A stretch of 64,000 nt of DNA. Source: Amoebophrya sp. A120 (lineage: Eukaryota > Protista > Dinoflagellata). The stretch lies in NCBI GenBank assembly GCA_905178155.1, contig CAJINV010000004.1, positions 8,080,144 to 8,144,143 of the forward strand. The letters are read 5' to 3'. Position 1 is the stretch's first letter; every line of letters starts with the position of its first letter. Of the stretch, positions 1-14,217 are shown piece by piece. The position numbers were made by a program, and so were the translations under genes. The notes beneath the pieces were generated by a model. It did not search any database. It was not told the DNA's origin and saw nothing but the letters and a program-made list of their open reading frames with translations.

Positions 1-640
1 CGTGATTAGCAAGACAAATACATGTTAGATTCCGAAAGCCCCAGATTTACCGCAGATCAAAAACAGCATTACAAATTGGCCAAAGGATCAACCTGAAGAT
101 CAAAGCACCAGCACGATCAAAGGTTCCGGAAATCCCTTCGTCATAAATTGTAGTACTGATTTAGCTCGTACAAGAACCGTAGACCACACTGCCGCTCACT
201 AAATGGTGAGCGCGATCACAAAAGGGAAAGAGGAGAAGAAGCATCGTCACCAAATGGTCGAAATATGCATGACAGATTGCTGTCGGGCATTTCCGAGCAG
301 AACGGCCGCCAGCATTACAAATTCATGCTTTGTTTGTCAACCTTCACTGCAGATGCATTAGTTTCTCCACGGGAAACTATTAGGGCTTGTATGCTTTTCA
401 GCATTACAAATTATTTACGCTTACCTCTAAACACCCTAATACGGGCACAAACGGCATAGCTTATTTTGGAAGGCAAAGGAACACCTAAACTACACACGAG
501 AAGCACCGGAGTGCATTACAAACTGGATACTATTCTGATTCCTAGTAGTGTTCAGAATCTTCTTGAGTTTTCTTTTGCGTCTCTCGTCTTTGGAGTCGTT
601 GGGAAACCTACGCGTGAAAGAGACCAATCGTCAAAATCAG

Positions 641-3600
641 GTGGAATCACACGGCGACCGATCAAAGTCAACAAAGTGGTCCTCTTCAAAATGCCCAACC
701 GATCGGGCAACAATACCAGCAGTGCCAATTTTTTTATTGCGCCGTCCCGCTCGCGAACTATCTGCAGGGGCACCAACCGCAGCCCGAGCATTTTTTTCAG
801 CACAACTTTCGGCAAGATGATGAGTTCACTGTCTACGTCGATCCGCTAGTCGATATACTTAACAAGGAGTGTGGCGAGGATAATTCGGAGAAAATCCTCG
901 ACACGATCGAACAATACCTACACCACCTCACCGTTATCAACGCCGAGGGGTGCTGCGCGGCTAGGATGGTAAACGACCACCTCAGTCTCTTGCGAAGAGA
1001 TGGAAACGAAATTTTGCGGCGGTTGGACACCGCCAAGAAAGAACTACTTTTCGGTGGGAAGGAAGGTAGATCATCCGGTAGAAGATCATCATCTTCAGAT
1101 GGTGCGACGAATGATAATTCTACCGGAGTAGGTCTTGGTGTGCTGTCTGCAAATAAGATCAGCGCGCTTTACTCGCTGTTCCTCCGAACGGTGTTAACCT
1201 CCTCAGCGCACTTCCTGTTCGCAACGGGTTCGGCTGCTAATCTTCCCACGACCACGAGGTTTCGCTTCCCGGAGAAGGCCTGGCTTTCCCTCCTTCGCCG
1301 GATCGCGGAGGACAGTCTATGCAATGCAAAAGCATCCCTGCACTAGTATAAATTGCATTACAAATTAGCACAGCATTACAAATTGAATTTGTAATGCTGA
1401 TTTACCTTGGGAAAGAGATTTGTAATGCATAAATGCAATTTGTACGAGTACGATGCTTTTGCACAGGATACAGACCGAGATTCGACGAAATTCTCGCGGA
1501 AAAAATCACGGAGAAAACCTTCCCGACCGTGTGGTGGCAAGTATGCATTGCAAATATGTCTGGGTCCGGAAAGTTGCAACTTGTCATGCTAATTCTGGAT
1601 CGTGCAAAAATCTGTGTTGTATGAATGCCAAAAGCTGTCCGCTTTTGACCAAGTTGGGAGGAAATTTCTCATGCGGGATGGCCACGATAGGGATCTCACA
1701 GAATCTGTCATGCTAGATCCTGCATTCCGGACGAGATCGATCATGGAAAATTTGTATGACAAGCCACGGAATCTTCCAGAGGACCCAGACATATTTGCAG
1801 TTCATAGCAAGCACACGATAGCAACGTTTTCCTCTCGGATTTACTTCTCGACCATGTATCCCACTTGCAAAAATCTCTACTGCGGAAAAGCGCAGACTGG
1901 GGAGAAGGATTGTCCGGCGAGAAGTCGAGCCGATTCTACCGGGAGAACTTATTCGAGTCGAGAAGAATCAAGACGAACGGGCGCGTGCACGAAAATTTCG
2001 ATTCGGTAGACAAGGAAACACTGGAAGTGTTGGACAAGATTACCTCTTTGCTCTCTGTCGTGTACCGGAAGGGGAGAAATAATTTCAAGTTGAACCACCA
2101 ATCCGATTTTTCCTCCACGATCTTCCAAATCGCCGCAAAAGCCGCGGTGCATTTAAAGCCAGGACCCTTAGCCTTCTGGCGCGACGGGTTTCAGAACGAC
2201 GACGCCCAATTCCAACAGCCCGACGGCGTTGGCAACTCGAAGAACCGGGAATACCGGAGGTGCCGGGGGGGCCGGGTCTGCGGGGAAGTTCCGGACCGGG
2301 ACAGAGCGGTCAGCGAGAGTTCTAGCGACGAGGAGCTCCCGGAGGACTACGACAGCGACCGAGATGGGTTGTGCAGCAAAGCGCACCTCGCGTTCAACAT
2401 GACGAACTACATGCGGCACCGGCTGGACAAGCAGCGGTTCATCTACCAGGCCTTGTCGAAAGCGCTGGAACTGATGGTGAGGAGTCTGGTTGGGGCGCCG
2501 ATTGTAGTGGCTCCCGAGCAGGACGACTATCAACATGTTGATCCCCAGAGCAGGATGAATTATCGGCATTTGAGTACCTGGAACGCAAACTACGCTATCG
2601 CGGTGGAGATCCACCGAGCTTTTCTCAAATCCACCCTGCTGGATAGCAAGACCTACGCGAAACCGAATAAGACGCACAAAGTGCCAAGCTTAGTCTTCTT
2701 TCGGTACCTGAGTGTTTTTCCGGATTTCTTCAAGATCGTGAAATACATCCGGCTGAACTTGCAGAAAAACTTGACCTTCTGGCGAACGAATCGCAACTTT
2801 GTCTGGGTGCCTCTCTATCAAATGCAAATGTGTCTGGGAGGTCTGGAAGGTTGCAACTTTTCGTGATGCTGTGTTTGGATTCTATTTCTAAAAAAGATTT
2901 GTCGAGCATGACCAGCAAGAGGAATCCACCTTCTACTACGTGGGGAGGGCGTTTCTCATGTGGAACAGGCATGAGGAGGCGCTGTAAAAATTTGTGATGC
3001 TAGGTCATGCATTACAGGCATCTTGGGTCTTCACGCAAAATATGCATGACAAACCTGTCACTCTTCCAGGCCCAGACATACTTGCAGTTGATACCCTCAG
3101 CAGCAAGGCCCAGTGGATCAAGAACGTGTACTACAAAACCTTCGCGTGGACCTACAAGCCGAGAGGGAGGTCCTCCGCGGATGTTGAAGATGTAGAAAAT
3201 AACCTTTCCCCTGCTCGCAGCTCTGATCCGGCTACTCGGAGGACCAATTCCTTCGGCACCAGTAGAAGTACTAAATTCCTGCATCCCAAACTCAACCCAC
3301 TCCCGGTGTCCGCGCTGGATTTTTCCGAGAAGCGAAACGGGCTGCAGGCACTGAACCCGGAAGATTTCTTGCACCTCCTCCCGACCGATAGTGTTCTCGA
3401 GCTCCAATCTGCGATCCATATCACCGCGGGGAAGACGGCGCAAATCAGCGATTATAGTGAAATGGCGCAAAACTTCAACCGGTTTACCACTGCGACCATG
3501 CGGTCGTTGTATTCGGGTGAAAAGGACTGGAAGCTGCAGGAACTGTTTACGAAGGAATTTCTCGAGAAGGGGCTGCACTGGTTCAACTGGTTTTTGGAGT

Positions 3601-4943
3601 ACAAAGCCGGGCGGAATTTGAACAATTTACCCTCTTTTGTCCTTCCCCGAAAAGCAGACCAGGTCTCCAACCCCGACCCGACGCGGGTTGCGGAATCCTC
3701 CGAAATAACGCTCCGCCAGCGGGAAATTAACGGGATTGCATACCACCTGATGCCAGAGGAAAAAGACGCGGAGTTCTCCAGCTACATAGGCGCCTGGGGG
3801 CTTTTCGCGAACAAGTTGACGCCCGACGCGCTCCAAAAAGACGTGCGGTTTCAGGAATTGCTCCTAAAAGTGTCGGAGAAGTTGGTATCGGCAGTGGAGA
3901 AAAATGCAAAGGGAAAAGACAATTTTGCAAAAGACAGAAATACCCACATTCCCTCCTTCGAAGAAGTTGTAAACCGTCTCCCCTTAGCTGCGCAAGAGAA
4001 AGTCGGCGGCTTCTTGGGCGATGTCGCGACGGAAGGTTTGAAGTCGGTGCCGGTAACGCGGAGAATAACCCGGAACGAGTTAACCGGCAGGTACTTCGTC
4101 GCCGTCGGCATCGATGCTCCCGCAGGGGGGGCAGACGCGAATTGTCTCGACCAGGAGAAAAAACAGCAGTGGACGTTGTTTTTCGACTTGTTTTTGCGCG
4201 CGCACACGAAATTGTCCGAAGCGCTCAAGTACCGGCTCGCGCGGGCGGATCCCAGGCTGCTGGAAGACCACGCCTACCGGGAACAACTACAAGATGAATC
4301 TGGTGGGCAGAAACCTGCTCTTCTCGTGGAAAACAACGAGGCAAATCGGAGGCTTTTCGGCCCGCGGGAGGGGAAGGAGGAGCGAAGGAAAAGGAAAATA
4401 AGTGATGCCGCGAAAAGAAAGAACCTCGTTCTTGCGGGCAGGACAAGTGCCAACGGTGCCAGTTCTTCGTCAACAACAACATTTTCCAGCCCTACAACAC
4501 CTCCGCAAGAACTACTTCCACCTAATCGACAACAAGAATCTAGCTTGCCGGAGTCGAAAGCGAGGCTCTGGAAAGAGCTGGGCGACTGGCGGATACCGAT
4601 TGATGTACCGGCTGAAAATAGCGAGACGACGGGACAACCGAATTGTTCAGATGACAATCTAACGTACGTGAGAATGGAGCGCCGCATTCAGTTTTTACTG
4701 GACCAGCTCGGGAACTCCCCGCTGTTCCGACTCTTAGAGCAATCCACTATTGCCTCCAGCTCGGTACGGCAGCCGGTGGCGAAGGTGTTCCGGCCGCCGT
4801 TGTTGCCAAGTGGAAAGGAAATGGAGGAGAACCAGAAATTCTTAACGGAAGAATTAAAGCCGGTGAGAACGATTGGGGAAAAGCTGCAGAAACTGCGAGA
4901 AGAGTGGGAAGTTATTGGGAAAGTGCTAGAACAAGCCGCGTGA
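641..4943 (+). CDS. Large hypothetical protein (>1200 aa), spliced; 5' part probably extends upstream of 641
   Basis: An open frame from the AG at 640 through ORF 966 joins ORFs 1865 and 2994 in frame once the three TIR elements (1318, 1542, 2816) plus 5 nt each are removed. No family motif recognised. Confidence 0.7.
1318..1470. mobile_element. TIR introner, family D
   Basis: TAT..ATA, TIR, TSD CAGTC/CAGAC. Confidence 0.85.
1542..1806. mobile_element. TIR introner, family A (TATN5GCAAAWATGTCTGGGTCTGGAA)
   Basis: TSD GCAAG. Confidence 0.92.
2816..3093. mobile_element. TIR introner, family A
   Basis: TSD CTCTC/CCCTC. Confidence 0.9.
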
Positions 4944-7091
4944 AGATAGGGAAAGATGGGTAGTTGCTTTCATCGTGCTAAGTATTGGTACTGAAGCAGT
5001 TGTGGACAGACTTCCGTTGCGTTAAGCCTTGCGAGGATGAACACTACGCCAGGTGGTTGAATTCTATAGACAGATTTAAGTAATTTTAAGCATAGAGGAA
5101 ACCAAATACAAACTCTTATTGTCTTTATTGCCGTTAATACTCCGTATTTGCTAAACCAATTAGACAGCTTCATGCCGTCGCACCTGCAACTTTTGCACGA
5201 TATACAACAGTAAGTACCTATAGGCATTTACCACTACCCGCCTAGCTGCACATCACAATACTTAAATATATAGACAAATTCATTGCTCAAGGTACTTCCC
5301 GCAAATTCAGAATTGAAAATGGAAAAATCCTCTGTGACAAGTTCTTTCGCAGATCAACTCAAGTCTGCAAATCGAAGAAACCTCGACTCATAGATAAAAA
5401 CGGCCATTCGGGAATAAAGCACAATATCGAGCGCTGGAATTAGGTACTGGTTAAATAAGTAGATGATGATCGTTTGTTGCGCTCCTGATCCGCTGTACTA
5501 GAGACAAATTATGGACAATCAGCACTACAACCATATTATTTCTTTCCTGAGAAATTCACACGCTTTCAAGTTAATTGCAATTCAGTTCGAGAAAAACAAT
5601 TTGAAAAGACAGAAAGTCATGTAAAAAAAGAAGCTCTGAAAGGCACGAAAAGTAATGAACTCAATGCCGCGCTCTGCAAACTTTTTGCCCGATTTTGTCT
5701 TGAGAAAGACGGCAAGAAAAAAGGAAAACAGTGTGGAATCATATAAGAATGAAAACCTCTTCTCCATTACAATCCCAGATTAGGGATGAGGAACAGAAAA
5801 TCATGAACCAGTGCAGCAGTTCTAGCGGAGTTGTGTTCATGAGGTGAACTAAGTGCAAGCACAAAAGCAAAAACGCTCGTTATCGAAATAGGTAAAAGGC
5901 ACACGAAAGTGAACGCGTTTTTCCTTTTCAAATCAGTTTGGATCGAAGACCGCAAAAAGAAGTTGAAGATGCTGCCTTACGTACTGAAATTTTTACCGCT
6001 CTCAGAGAAAACGGATCTTCGCATAGTACGTGATTGTACGTAAAGCTTAACGTAGAATTTACGTAAAAGCTTAACCCTAATACTACCCTCCGAAGATCCC
6101 CGAGCAGCGGCGCTAGAAATTCTTTTGCATAGTTCCATTTTGAAATTCCTTCTTTTTTGAAATGCTATGGTCATGCCGCGATTTTTTCACCTTGATAATG
6201 ACATGCACGAAGCAATAGAAGCGTGAGGCCGTTGATCCGTCCTCCAGAATACGAACCGGATCTTCAAACCGACACCTTTTCCATAGTACCCATCCATCGA
6301 AACCAATAATTTTCTGCCCAACTAATCCTACTACAATAATTGACGACTCGAAAAATTATGTTATAGTGGCCAAACTATCCCTTCCAAAAAAATTGTTTCT
6401 TTACAAAAAACAGGAGACCATCGTGGTAATTTCAATTTTTTGATTAAGATTACTAGGTCTACTACTTTTTAGGACGGGCTGAATCGGCTTCATGAATTCT
6501 TCGAGGTAATTTTCAATTAAGCTTGGAAGGGAATTTGCGAGAACTTTTGTTGGACTCCAGCTTTCTTCCTATATTGATTCTTATCCCGACTGAGTTCTAG
6601 TCGTTCTTCTACTTTTTTCGATCTGCTATCCATAATCTGTTCCTGTTGTACCGCAGTCATCAGCTAGGGTCACGACAATTTGTTCTAATTGTGTCGTGTT
6701 TTACGAGATTGTAGTTTCACCTCTCTTCAGAAGTTCTATATCCAGTTTTGCTTCAAAAAAAATTGTACGATATTGTCCTTGCAGTAGAGTAAAGGAAAAA
6801 GCATCTACTTCCCGGAAACAATTTCTTAGTAGACAAAACGAATCTAGGCCGGTGCAATAAAATTTCGAGATTCTTCCTCGAAAAACTGTGTACAACTACC
6901 GCCCTGTTTTGTCAACACCATTAAATACTTCTACAACTAGGTAGCAGTAAGAGAAGAACACAGTAACACAGTGTTTTTATAGCGTTTTGTTTCTTCGGAC
7001 TCTTGCTGTGCACTAGAAAATAATCCTTCTACTCGCTACTGCACCTTCTACGTATATCAGAGACTAAAGCTCTAAACTCACCAAATCAGAA

Positions 7092-10000
7092 ATGTCGGGG
7101 AACCAAGGCTTCCACAAGCCGGGCGGCAAGGGCTACGTGCTATGCAGTGCAAAAGTATCGTACTCGTATAAATGCATTACAAATTTCCTCAGCATGAGAA
7201 ATAAGATTTGTAATGCTGATTTATCTTAGGGAAAAGATTTGTAATGCATGATCGCAATACGAGCACGATACTTTTGCAATTCATACGCGCCGCCGCAGTG
7301 CAACTACCGCACACAGAGCTCCTTCATATCAAGTGTAAAAATGTCTGGGTCTGGAAGAATGGAAGGTCTGTCATGCTCTGCCAGCATGACCCCAAAGTCT
7401 GTCATGCACGTTACCCAAGAGCCCCGTTTTTTTGTCATGCAGAAACGCAGTTTGTCATGCAGAATAGGCAACACTTCGAAGCTCAGAAACTTGTCATGCT
7501 GAGCCAGCACTTGTGGCCGCCTCATGATACGCCAACCAGCATCACAAGTTTCCAGACCCAGACATTTTTACATTTGATACTTGACACTCGAGAACAAGTT
7601 CCGGGACATCTTCCAACGACTGGAGCCCTGGCGCACCAGTATCCTGAGTAAAAACGTCCCCAAACCAGAGTCAAGATGGGAAATCTGCTAGACAAACCAA
7701 CCAGCTCTGGTTGTTTCGCATGACAAGTTTATTGTCCTCGTAGTGTATTCCTGTTATTAGGTAGGTCAGCAGCGTCACAGATCTAGCGCATGATGCTGAT
7801 TATAGCATCACAAATTTCAAAACACGACTAGAAAATGCCTCTCATGGGGCTCCGCATGAAAAGCATTTTTACCATGCAGATTTGCATGACAACTCTGGGG
7901 TGGGGACGTTTTTACATAGGATAACCAGGAAAGGCGCGGGGGGCCGGGTCGCGGTGTATGGCGGGTCGCATCTCTACGTCGGAGCGCCGTATTTTGCGGC
8001 GCAGGCCGCCAAGCTCATGGGGATCGATTTGGTGTTCGTCAAAGCAGGTATCAAAATGTGATGAATAACAGGAGCAGAATGTCTGCGGTTTTGTAGGTTT
8101 GTTTCTGATAAGAAGTACCTTGCATATATAATGGTATTATTCCAAATAATTTGCAGCAACATTTTGCAAAGTTTGGAAACAGTAATTCTACGTCGTCATA
8201 GACCACGACTGTGCATCATAACAAGCTCCATCCTCCTGGTGTTCCAAGTATTCTTGTAAAACCTACAAAAAAACCACAAAAATCTCCCCAATTTTTCCAC
8301 TCCATTGCAGGCCACGCTTCGGTTGCGAAGGGGATCAAGGCAAAATCGTGCGACATCATGTGTGCGGAATACGACGACCCGAACGACTACAAAGCCTTCA
8401 CCACCGAGGACCGTGAAATTCTCGCCAAGTGCGACTGTCTGATCATCGGCCCGGGGTTGGGACGCGGCGAGGAGGTGAAGAAGATGTTGCGGGAGCTACT
8501 CGCGGACGAAACCATCTGGCCGCCGACGAAGCCGCTCGTGATCGACGCCGACGGCCTCTACGCCATGACCGCCCCCGACGCGTCGTTGCCCCCACCACCC
8601 TCCGCCCGGGGCGGGAAGCCGGCCGACAAGTGGAGCGCGGACAAGGAAACCATGGACCTGTTCTGGAACTTGTTGGAGTCTCGGAAGATTATGCATTGCA
8701 AAAGTATCGTACTCGTGTTATTGCGATCATGCATTACAAATTTTTTTCTCAAGGTAAATCAGCATTGCAAATTTTATTTCTCATGCTGGGGAAATGCGAT
8801 TTCTACTAGTACGACATACTTTGGCAATGCATAAAGATTTTGCAACAGCAAAACGGGGAAGAGGATCTTCCCGATGGGACGAAGAAGGCCGTGGAGCAGA
8901 TGACGACCTTTTCCAACCACGCCGCGCCTACGATTTTAACCCCGAACTTGGGCGTATGGAAGTGTCAGAATCGAAATTGACAAAATCAAAACGATTTGTC
9001 ATGCATAAAATGGATTCCAGTTCGAACTCAGTTTCTAAGTGGCGCATGACAAACTCTGGTGGTGTGCAAATCCAGTTTGTAATGCTGTTTAGGCAAAGAA
9101 GGCTGATTCTCTCATGCTGCTTTAGCAGCGCGAGCTATAACCCCAAACAGGCTTAGAATCGGCCTCACTTGCCTGCTCTGCAACACACGTATTTCGCGTC
9201 GTGCATTTGATGCATGACAAATTTTTCGATTTTGTCAATTTCGATCCTGACAGTTCCATAGGGCGAGTTGAAGTACGTCACGGAGGCGTTGGACAAACAC
9301 GTGTTGTGGTTCAACGAGAAGCATACGGACCACATATGGAATGCAAATATGCCTGGGTCTGGGAGATTGCGAGATTTGTCATGCTTGTCTGGCATGAGTC
9401 TTAAATCTGTGATGCATGAGCAGGAAAATGGCCTCTTGCCTGTCATGCAAATAAAACGGAGTTTGTCATGCGAAAAACGAAACACACAGAAGCGGCAAAA
9501 CTTGTCATGCTGGGCTGTATATTGTAGCGCGCCCACAATTCGTAGATTTGCATCACAAGTTTATTCCAGACCCAGACATATTTGCAATCCATATCACACC
9601 TTCTACGGCAACTATCCGAACGTCGACGAGTTGTGGCCGGTTTTGAAGCAAGTCCACCACGACCACGCTATCCTATGTAAAAACGTCCCCACCCCATAGT
9701 CAAGATGGGAAATCGGCTAGACAAATCCAAAAGTTTTGGCTGTTTCGCATGACAGATTTCAAGAACTCGTGGTGTAGTGCTGTTTGAGCTGGTTCAGCAG
9801 CATCACAGATCTAGTATGTCGCGCTGATTGGAGCATGACAAATCGCAAAACACGACTACAAAATGCTTCTCATGGGGCTCCGCATGAGAAACATTTTCAG
9901 CGTGCAGGTCTGCATCACAACTATGTGGTGGGGACGTTTTTAAATACGATACACGCGTCCGGGCAGTTGGCCGTGCAGCACTTTGTTCGGGAGCCGACCT

Positions 10001-11828
10001 TTGGCGTCACGTTCAACGAGGCCAAACCCGTGCAGCGCATGCAGCACACGTTTACGGAAGAACCGAAGACCGCGGCCCAGGAAGCCGCGGCCCACGCAGC
10101 GTCGGCCCAGGCGAAGGCAGCAACCCAGCAGGCGGCGGCAGCGCAAGCACAGAAATTGAAGGAGCAGAGGTACACAAATAGCAGGAGCGTCATGCATAAT
10201 CAGATATCAAGTGATAATATTTATTATCCTGTATGCATTGTTTTGTTTGTAGCTGAATAAAAATACTTATTTTGTAATGCCATGATATGCATAAATTATT
10301 TCGGCACTAATGACGTGAATATGAGACAGCACCAGCTGGTATTTGTCATGCGAAGTGGCACCGCCTCCACCACCCAAAATAGTATCTTCCAAGAAATATT
10401 TTTCTCGCTAACAGTGCTGCCAACGGCGGCGGCGATGGGAAAATCACGAAGTCTGGCTCCTTCGACATCCCGCCGGAGCAGCTCGGCAAGGAGCACATCA
10501 ACCCGGAGCTCCAACCCGATAATGTCATCGAGCAGCAGTACAAACACAAGCCCAAGAACTTCACCGGTGCCGTCGGGAACGGGTACGGTGGCGTCGAACA
10601 CCCGTCGACCGCGACCACAGATAACGCCGGGCAGGACGCCGCTGACAACCAAGTCGCACTGGAAATGGAGGCGAAACAACTGAACTCTGTTGTGGTGGAG
10701 AAGCAGCTGCACCACCAACCCGAGTCCGCGGTGAAGATTGAGGTGAACCCGTTTCAGGCCGAGGGCAAGGGGGAGAAAAAGAAGAAGGTCGCGCACACCA
10801 TCAAGGAGCTGATGCAGGCGGAGGAGGAGGCGCAAAACGGCCCGGCGACCAAGAAGCAGAAGAAGAACCAGAAAGGTGGTGGCAAGAACAATAATGGGCA
10901 ACAACAAACGATCGGACAGCAGTTGGGTATGCAGAATGCACCAGCTCCCCAACAGCAACCAGGACAGCAGCAGGGGCACACCATCCAGCAGTTACAACAA
11001 ATGATGAACCCAAACTACAACTACCAGGTGGACCCCAACGTGCCGCAGGTTGCGTGGAACAACCCGACTAAAATGGCCGACATGCTGAAGATGCAGGAGT
11101 ACAGGATGCGAATGGACCCGTCTTCTTTGATATGCATTGCAAAAGTTTCTTACTCGTACTAAAACTAATTGCAGCTATGCATCACAAATCTAGGTTGTTA
11201 AGGTAAATCCGCATTACAAATTTGAGTTGTAATGCTGAGCGAAATTGTATTGCAATTTGTACTAGTACGACACTTTTGCAGGGCATATTTGATCTCGTTT
11301 GACAGCAAGTACACCACCAACAGCTACCAGAACCCGTTGCGGCTGTCCCTGCACATCGTCGCGAAGGGGAAAAACGACACCATTGTTACCCCCGTTGCCT
11401 ACACCTGCGAGGAGGGCGTGGATTACGACGAGTGGACGGTGACCAACGCGTGTGTCTTCCACTCCGTGTCGAACTCCATCGGGTCTTCCCCAATCCGCGC
11501 GGGCGGGCTGGGGGACGTTTTGTCCGGCGTGATTGGTGCCTTGTTCGCGTGGCACCAGATCTGCCTGCGGAGCGGGGACCCGCGGAAACAGATGAACGCC
11601 CCGTTCCCGGAGGAAATCCTGATCCTGGCTTCCTACATCGTGCGCAAGGCCAGTCAACGGGCCTTCTTGAAGAAGTGTCAGCAGCGCAACTACCGCACCT
11701 TCTCTGCGGAGGATGTGTTGGCGGAAATCGCGTTCGTCTGCGATAACATCTACTCCTGGTTCGCCCCCGGCGGACACGGCGGAAACCCGGGTGGTGCACC
11801 CCACGGACCGCACCAGGGCGGAAAATAG
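7092..11828 (+). CDS. NAXD: ATP-dependent (S)-NAD(P)H-hydrate dehydratase (YjeF-C/carbohydrate kinase family), spliced
   Basis: Reconstructed motifs KGAGGRVAVYGGSHLYVGAPYFAA, IIGPGLGR, LVIDADGL, ILTPNLGE, VAKGKND and GGLGDVLSG. Contains 8 TIR introns plus GT-AG introns 8048-8310 and 10170-10414. Confidence 0.92.
7141..7285. mobile_element. TIR introner, family D (TATGCANTGCAAAAGTATCGTACTCGT)
   Basis: TSD CGTGC/CGCGC. Confidence 0.9.
7327..7579. mobile_element. TIR introner, family A
   Basis: TSD CTTCA/CTTGA. Confidence 0.92.
7640..7923. mobile_element. TIR introner, family B (TATCCTGAGTAAAAACGTCCCC)
   Basis: TSD ACCAG. Confidence 0.92.
8690..8833. mobile_element. TIR introner, family D
   Basis: TSD AAGAT. 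Confidence 0.9.
8955..9260. mobile_element. TIR introner, family E (TATGGAAGTGTCAGAATCGAAATTGACAAAATC)
   Basis: 33-bp TIR, TSD GGGCG. Confidence 0.92.
9335..9593. mobile_element. TIR introner, family A
   Basis: TSD CCACA/TCACA. Confidence 0.9.
9669..9951. mobile_element. TIR introner, family B
   Basis: TSD CACGC. Confidence 0.92.
11131..11287. mobile_element. TIR introner, family D
   Basis: TSD TTTGA. Confidence 0.88.
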
Positions 11829-11890
11829 AACAGGATGTTGTTGTGGGAATAAGTAGAAGATGTTGTAGTGTTTCTTCATGCGAAAGTACT

Positions 11891-11934
11891 ACTATGTACA
11901 ACTCAAAGAGTGAACTATGTACAACTCAAAGAGT
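11891..11934. repeat. 21-bp tandem duplication in the NAXD 3' flank
   Basis: ACTATGTACAACTCAAAGAGT x2 separated by GA. Confidence 0.85.
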
Positions 11935-13987
11935 TCCCGGTTCTGATACTGTTTCATCGTGGACGAACTACGGCGAAGACACAATTTATTTAGAGGAGGC
12001 ACTTTCACTTCTTGAAAGAACAACAACATTGACTTCTAAATCGAATATACAGACGACACTTTCAGCAATATATAGGACGACGACAAGCCACGATATTTTC
12101 GGAGAAAAAGACAGCTACTTTATCTCACCACACAAAATACTTCTTGCCACTCCGAATTCGATTTCGGAGATGCACTTCTTCGAGACTCTTGTAACAACCT
12201 TAATTTTCCTTAATCTCCTGGCACACTAGACAAACTTTTCAACACCTCACTTGATTTTCACTTGATTCTTTTTCACTAACTGTTTTTAAACCTTCTATAG
12301 CAAAGACACGAAAAATAGGCGCATCAATTGTTGATGCGTCGAAAAATGCGAGCGATGTTTGGATTCACAAGACTTTGGATTATTATTTCACCGGAAGAAG
12401 ATGATAGTACTTCTCGAGAGGGCTTACTATTACTCATTTACAAACTGGGGGAGAGATGAAGAAACACAAATAAACTCATGCTGTCAGGACGAGTCGTGTA
12501 TCAGCAGGAGACACAACAGATCAGATTTATAAATGCAGATTGTCAACATGCGGCAACACAACACCACAACAAATTCTAAGAATACAGTAGCCAGGATGGT
12601 AGTATCACAACTATTGTGCGACGAGGACCAAGTTTCACTGAGCTGCAGGCGGTAACTACCTTTGATCAGTTCTCGCCGAAGATGCACATACGTAGTACCG
12701 TGTTTGTAAGACAGTTTTGTACTGTTTTAAATGTACTAACGAAGACCAGCACACTGAGAAATAAACCTGCTAACAGGTATATAAAATTCGAGGACGGCCA
12801 CTACTACACGATTGTAATGTATAAAACCATGACTTGGTGCATTACGGACGACGAAACAACTGTAATCGAACACCGAAAACCAGCTGCTCGTATTGCGAGG
12901 AATACTATAGACTTTTCAATTTTTAAAGTTTGATTGCAAAAAAATTTGGATTCTGGCTGCAGATTTTCACCAGCCGGTGGATAAAAAGCGACTGTTTTGA
13001 TGTTTGACGATAGTGCAACCGAAAAATCGATAAATCACTAGCGACAGCCGATAGTAATCTGTGTACACAATCGAAGAAATTGAAATCTTCCTGTTCCGCA
13101 AATTATACAAATGCTCCGTACTCACTCTGCGAAAGTATCCGGCTCCGGTTCGAAATTTGTGCTCTGAAATGACAATGAGCGTTGGAGGCTACAAATTCTC
13201 CGTTGTGGATCCTGTTTACCTTCAGCAACTTCGTCAGTTCAGGAAATCGGAATCGCAAATTTTTGAAATGAGATCTTCATCAAGCGGTGCTTCCAAAAGG
13301 TTCTGTCCTTGATAGATCTAGATCTCAATTTGCAGAATGTTTTTCCGAATGACATTAAACCGCACCGGCCCTTTGATACTTTCTTTTTGATCAATTTCTG
13401 ACGACATAACGTCGAACAGGCAACTTTTTTTCTCTAGAACTTGACGACACCTTATTCTGAACATTTCAATTCTCTTCATTCTAAATCGCAAATTTAGGTT
13501 GAGTTTGTGTGTTTCACAGGGATCCTTTTCTTTGGTCTCCACGTGCTTTTATTTTGCGCAAAAAAACAGATCCAAAGACGGAGTTAGAAAAAAATTAGTA
13601 AGAGATTGTTGCTCAGGCACCTTAACGTCGCTGCACAGTGGTTCGACTACTGGGCTACAAGCGTGTTTTGGTTGCCGCCCACATAGCACCAATCTAACAA
13701 AACACAACTACCTCTTGTCAGCACGACAAAGCCAGCATATCATGATAGGTGAGAAAAAGTAAAAAATGAAACGACATAGTACACAACGAAATCAACATAG
13801 CAATTAGTGTACAAAAAATACATGAAAACTGCGGTGGGTAACAACATCATCTCGTCCCGGCGTTGAAAATTTTCCCGCGGCGACGACGACGAGTAGTGCA
13901 GACGAGCTTCATCACCTACAACCCCATCTCCGGGCCTACTTTACTTCGCAGATTATCCCATATGCCTTCTCTACTGCACAGACACGG

Positions 13988-14204
13988 TATGACGGTGCAC
14001 AACTCCCCCTCCCCCTCATTTGTATAGCATGACCGGCAATACAGGCATCAGCAAGAGTGCCGGTTTTGCATGACAAATTTGCACTGGATTGTAGTGCTAT
14101 TTGGGCGCCCAGAACTTGTCATGCATAATAGTGACAGGAGGAAAAGCGTGGATTTGGTATTCTGCATGAGAAATGAGAACGAGGGGGAGTTGTGCACTGT
14201 CATA
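13988..14204. mobile_element. TIR introner, family G (TATGANRGTGCACAACTCCCCCTC), at the kinase 5' end
   Basis: TSD CACGG. Confidence 0.9.
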
Positions 14205-14217
14205 CACGGAGCCTTGG

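Noticed and set aside
1-640. Probable upstream exons and introns of gene 1 (several GCATTACAAA motifs; possible element near 264-458)
   Set aside because: I could not define TIR/TSD pairs or a reliable frame.
432-6080. Isolated CCCTAA hexamers
   Set aside because: Single copies, not telomeric arrays.
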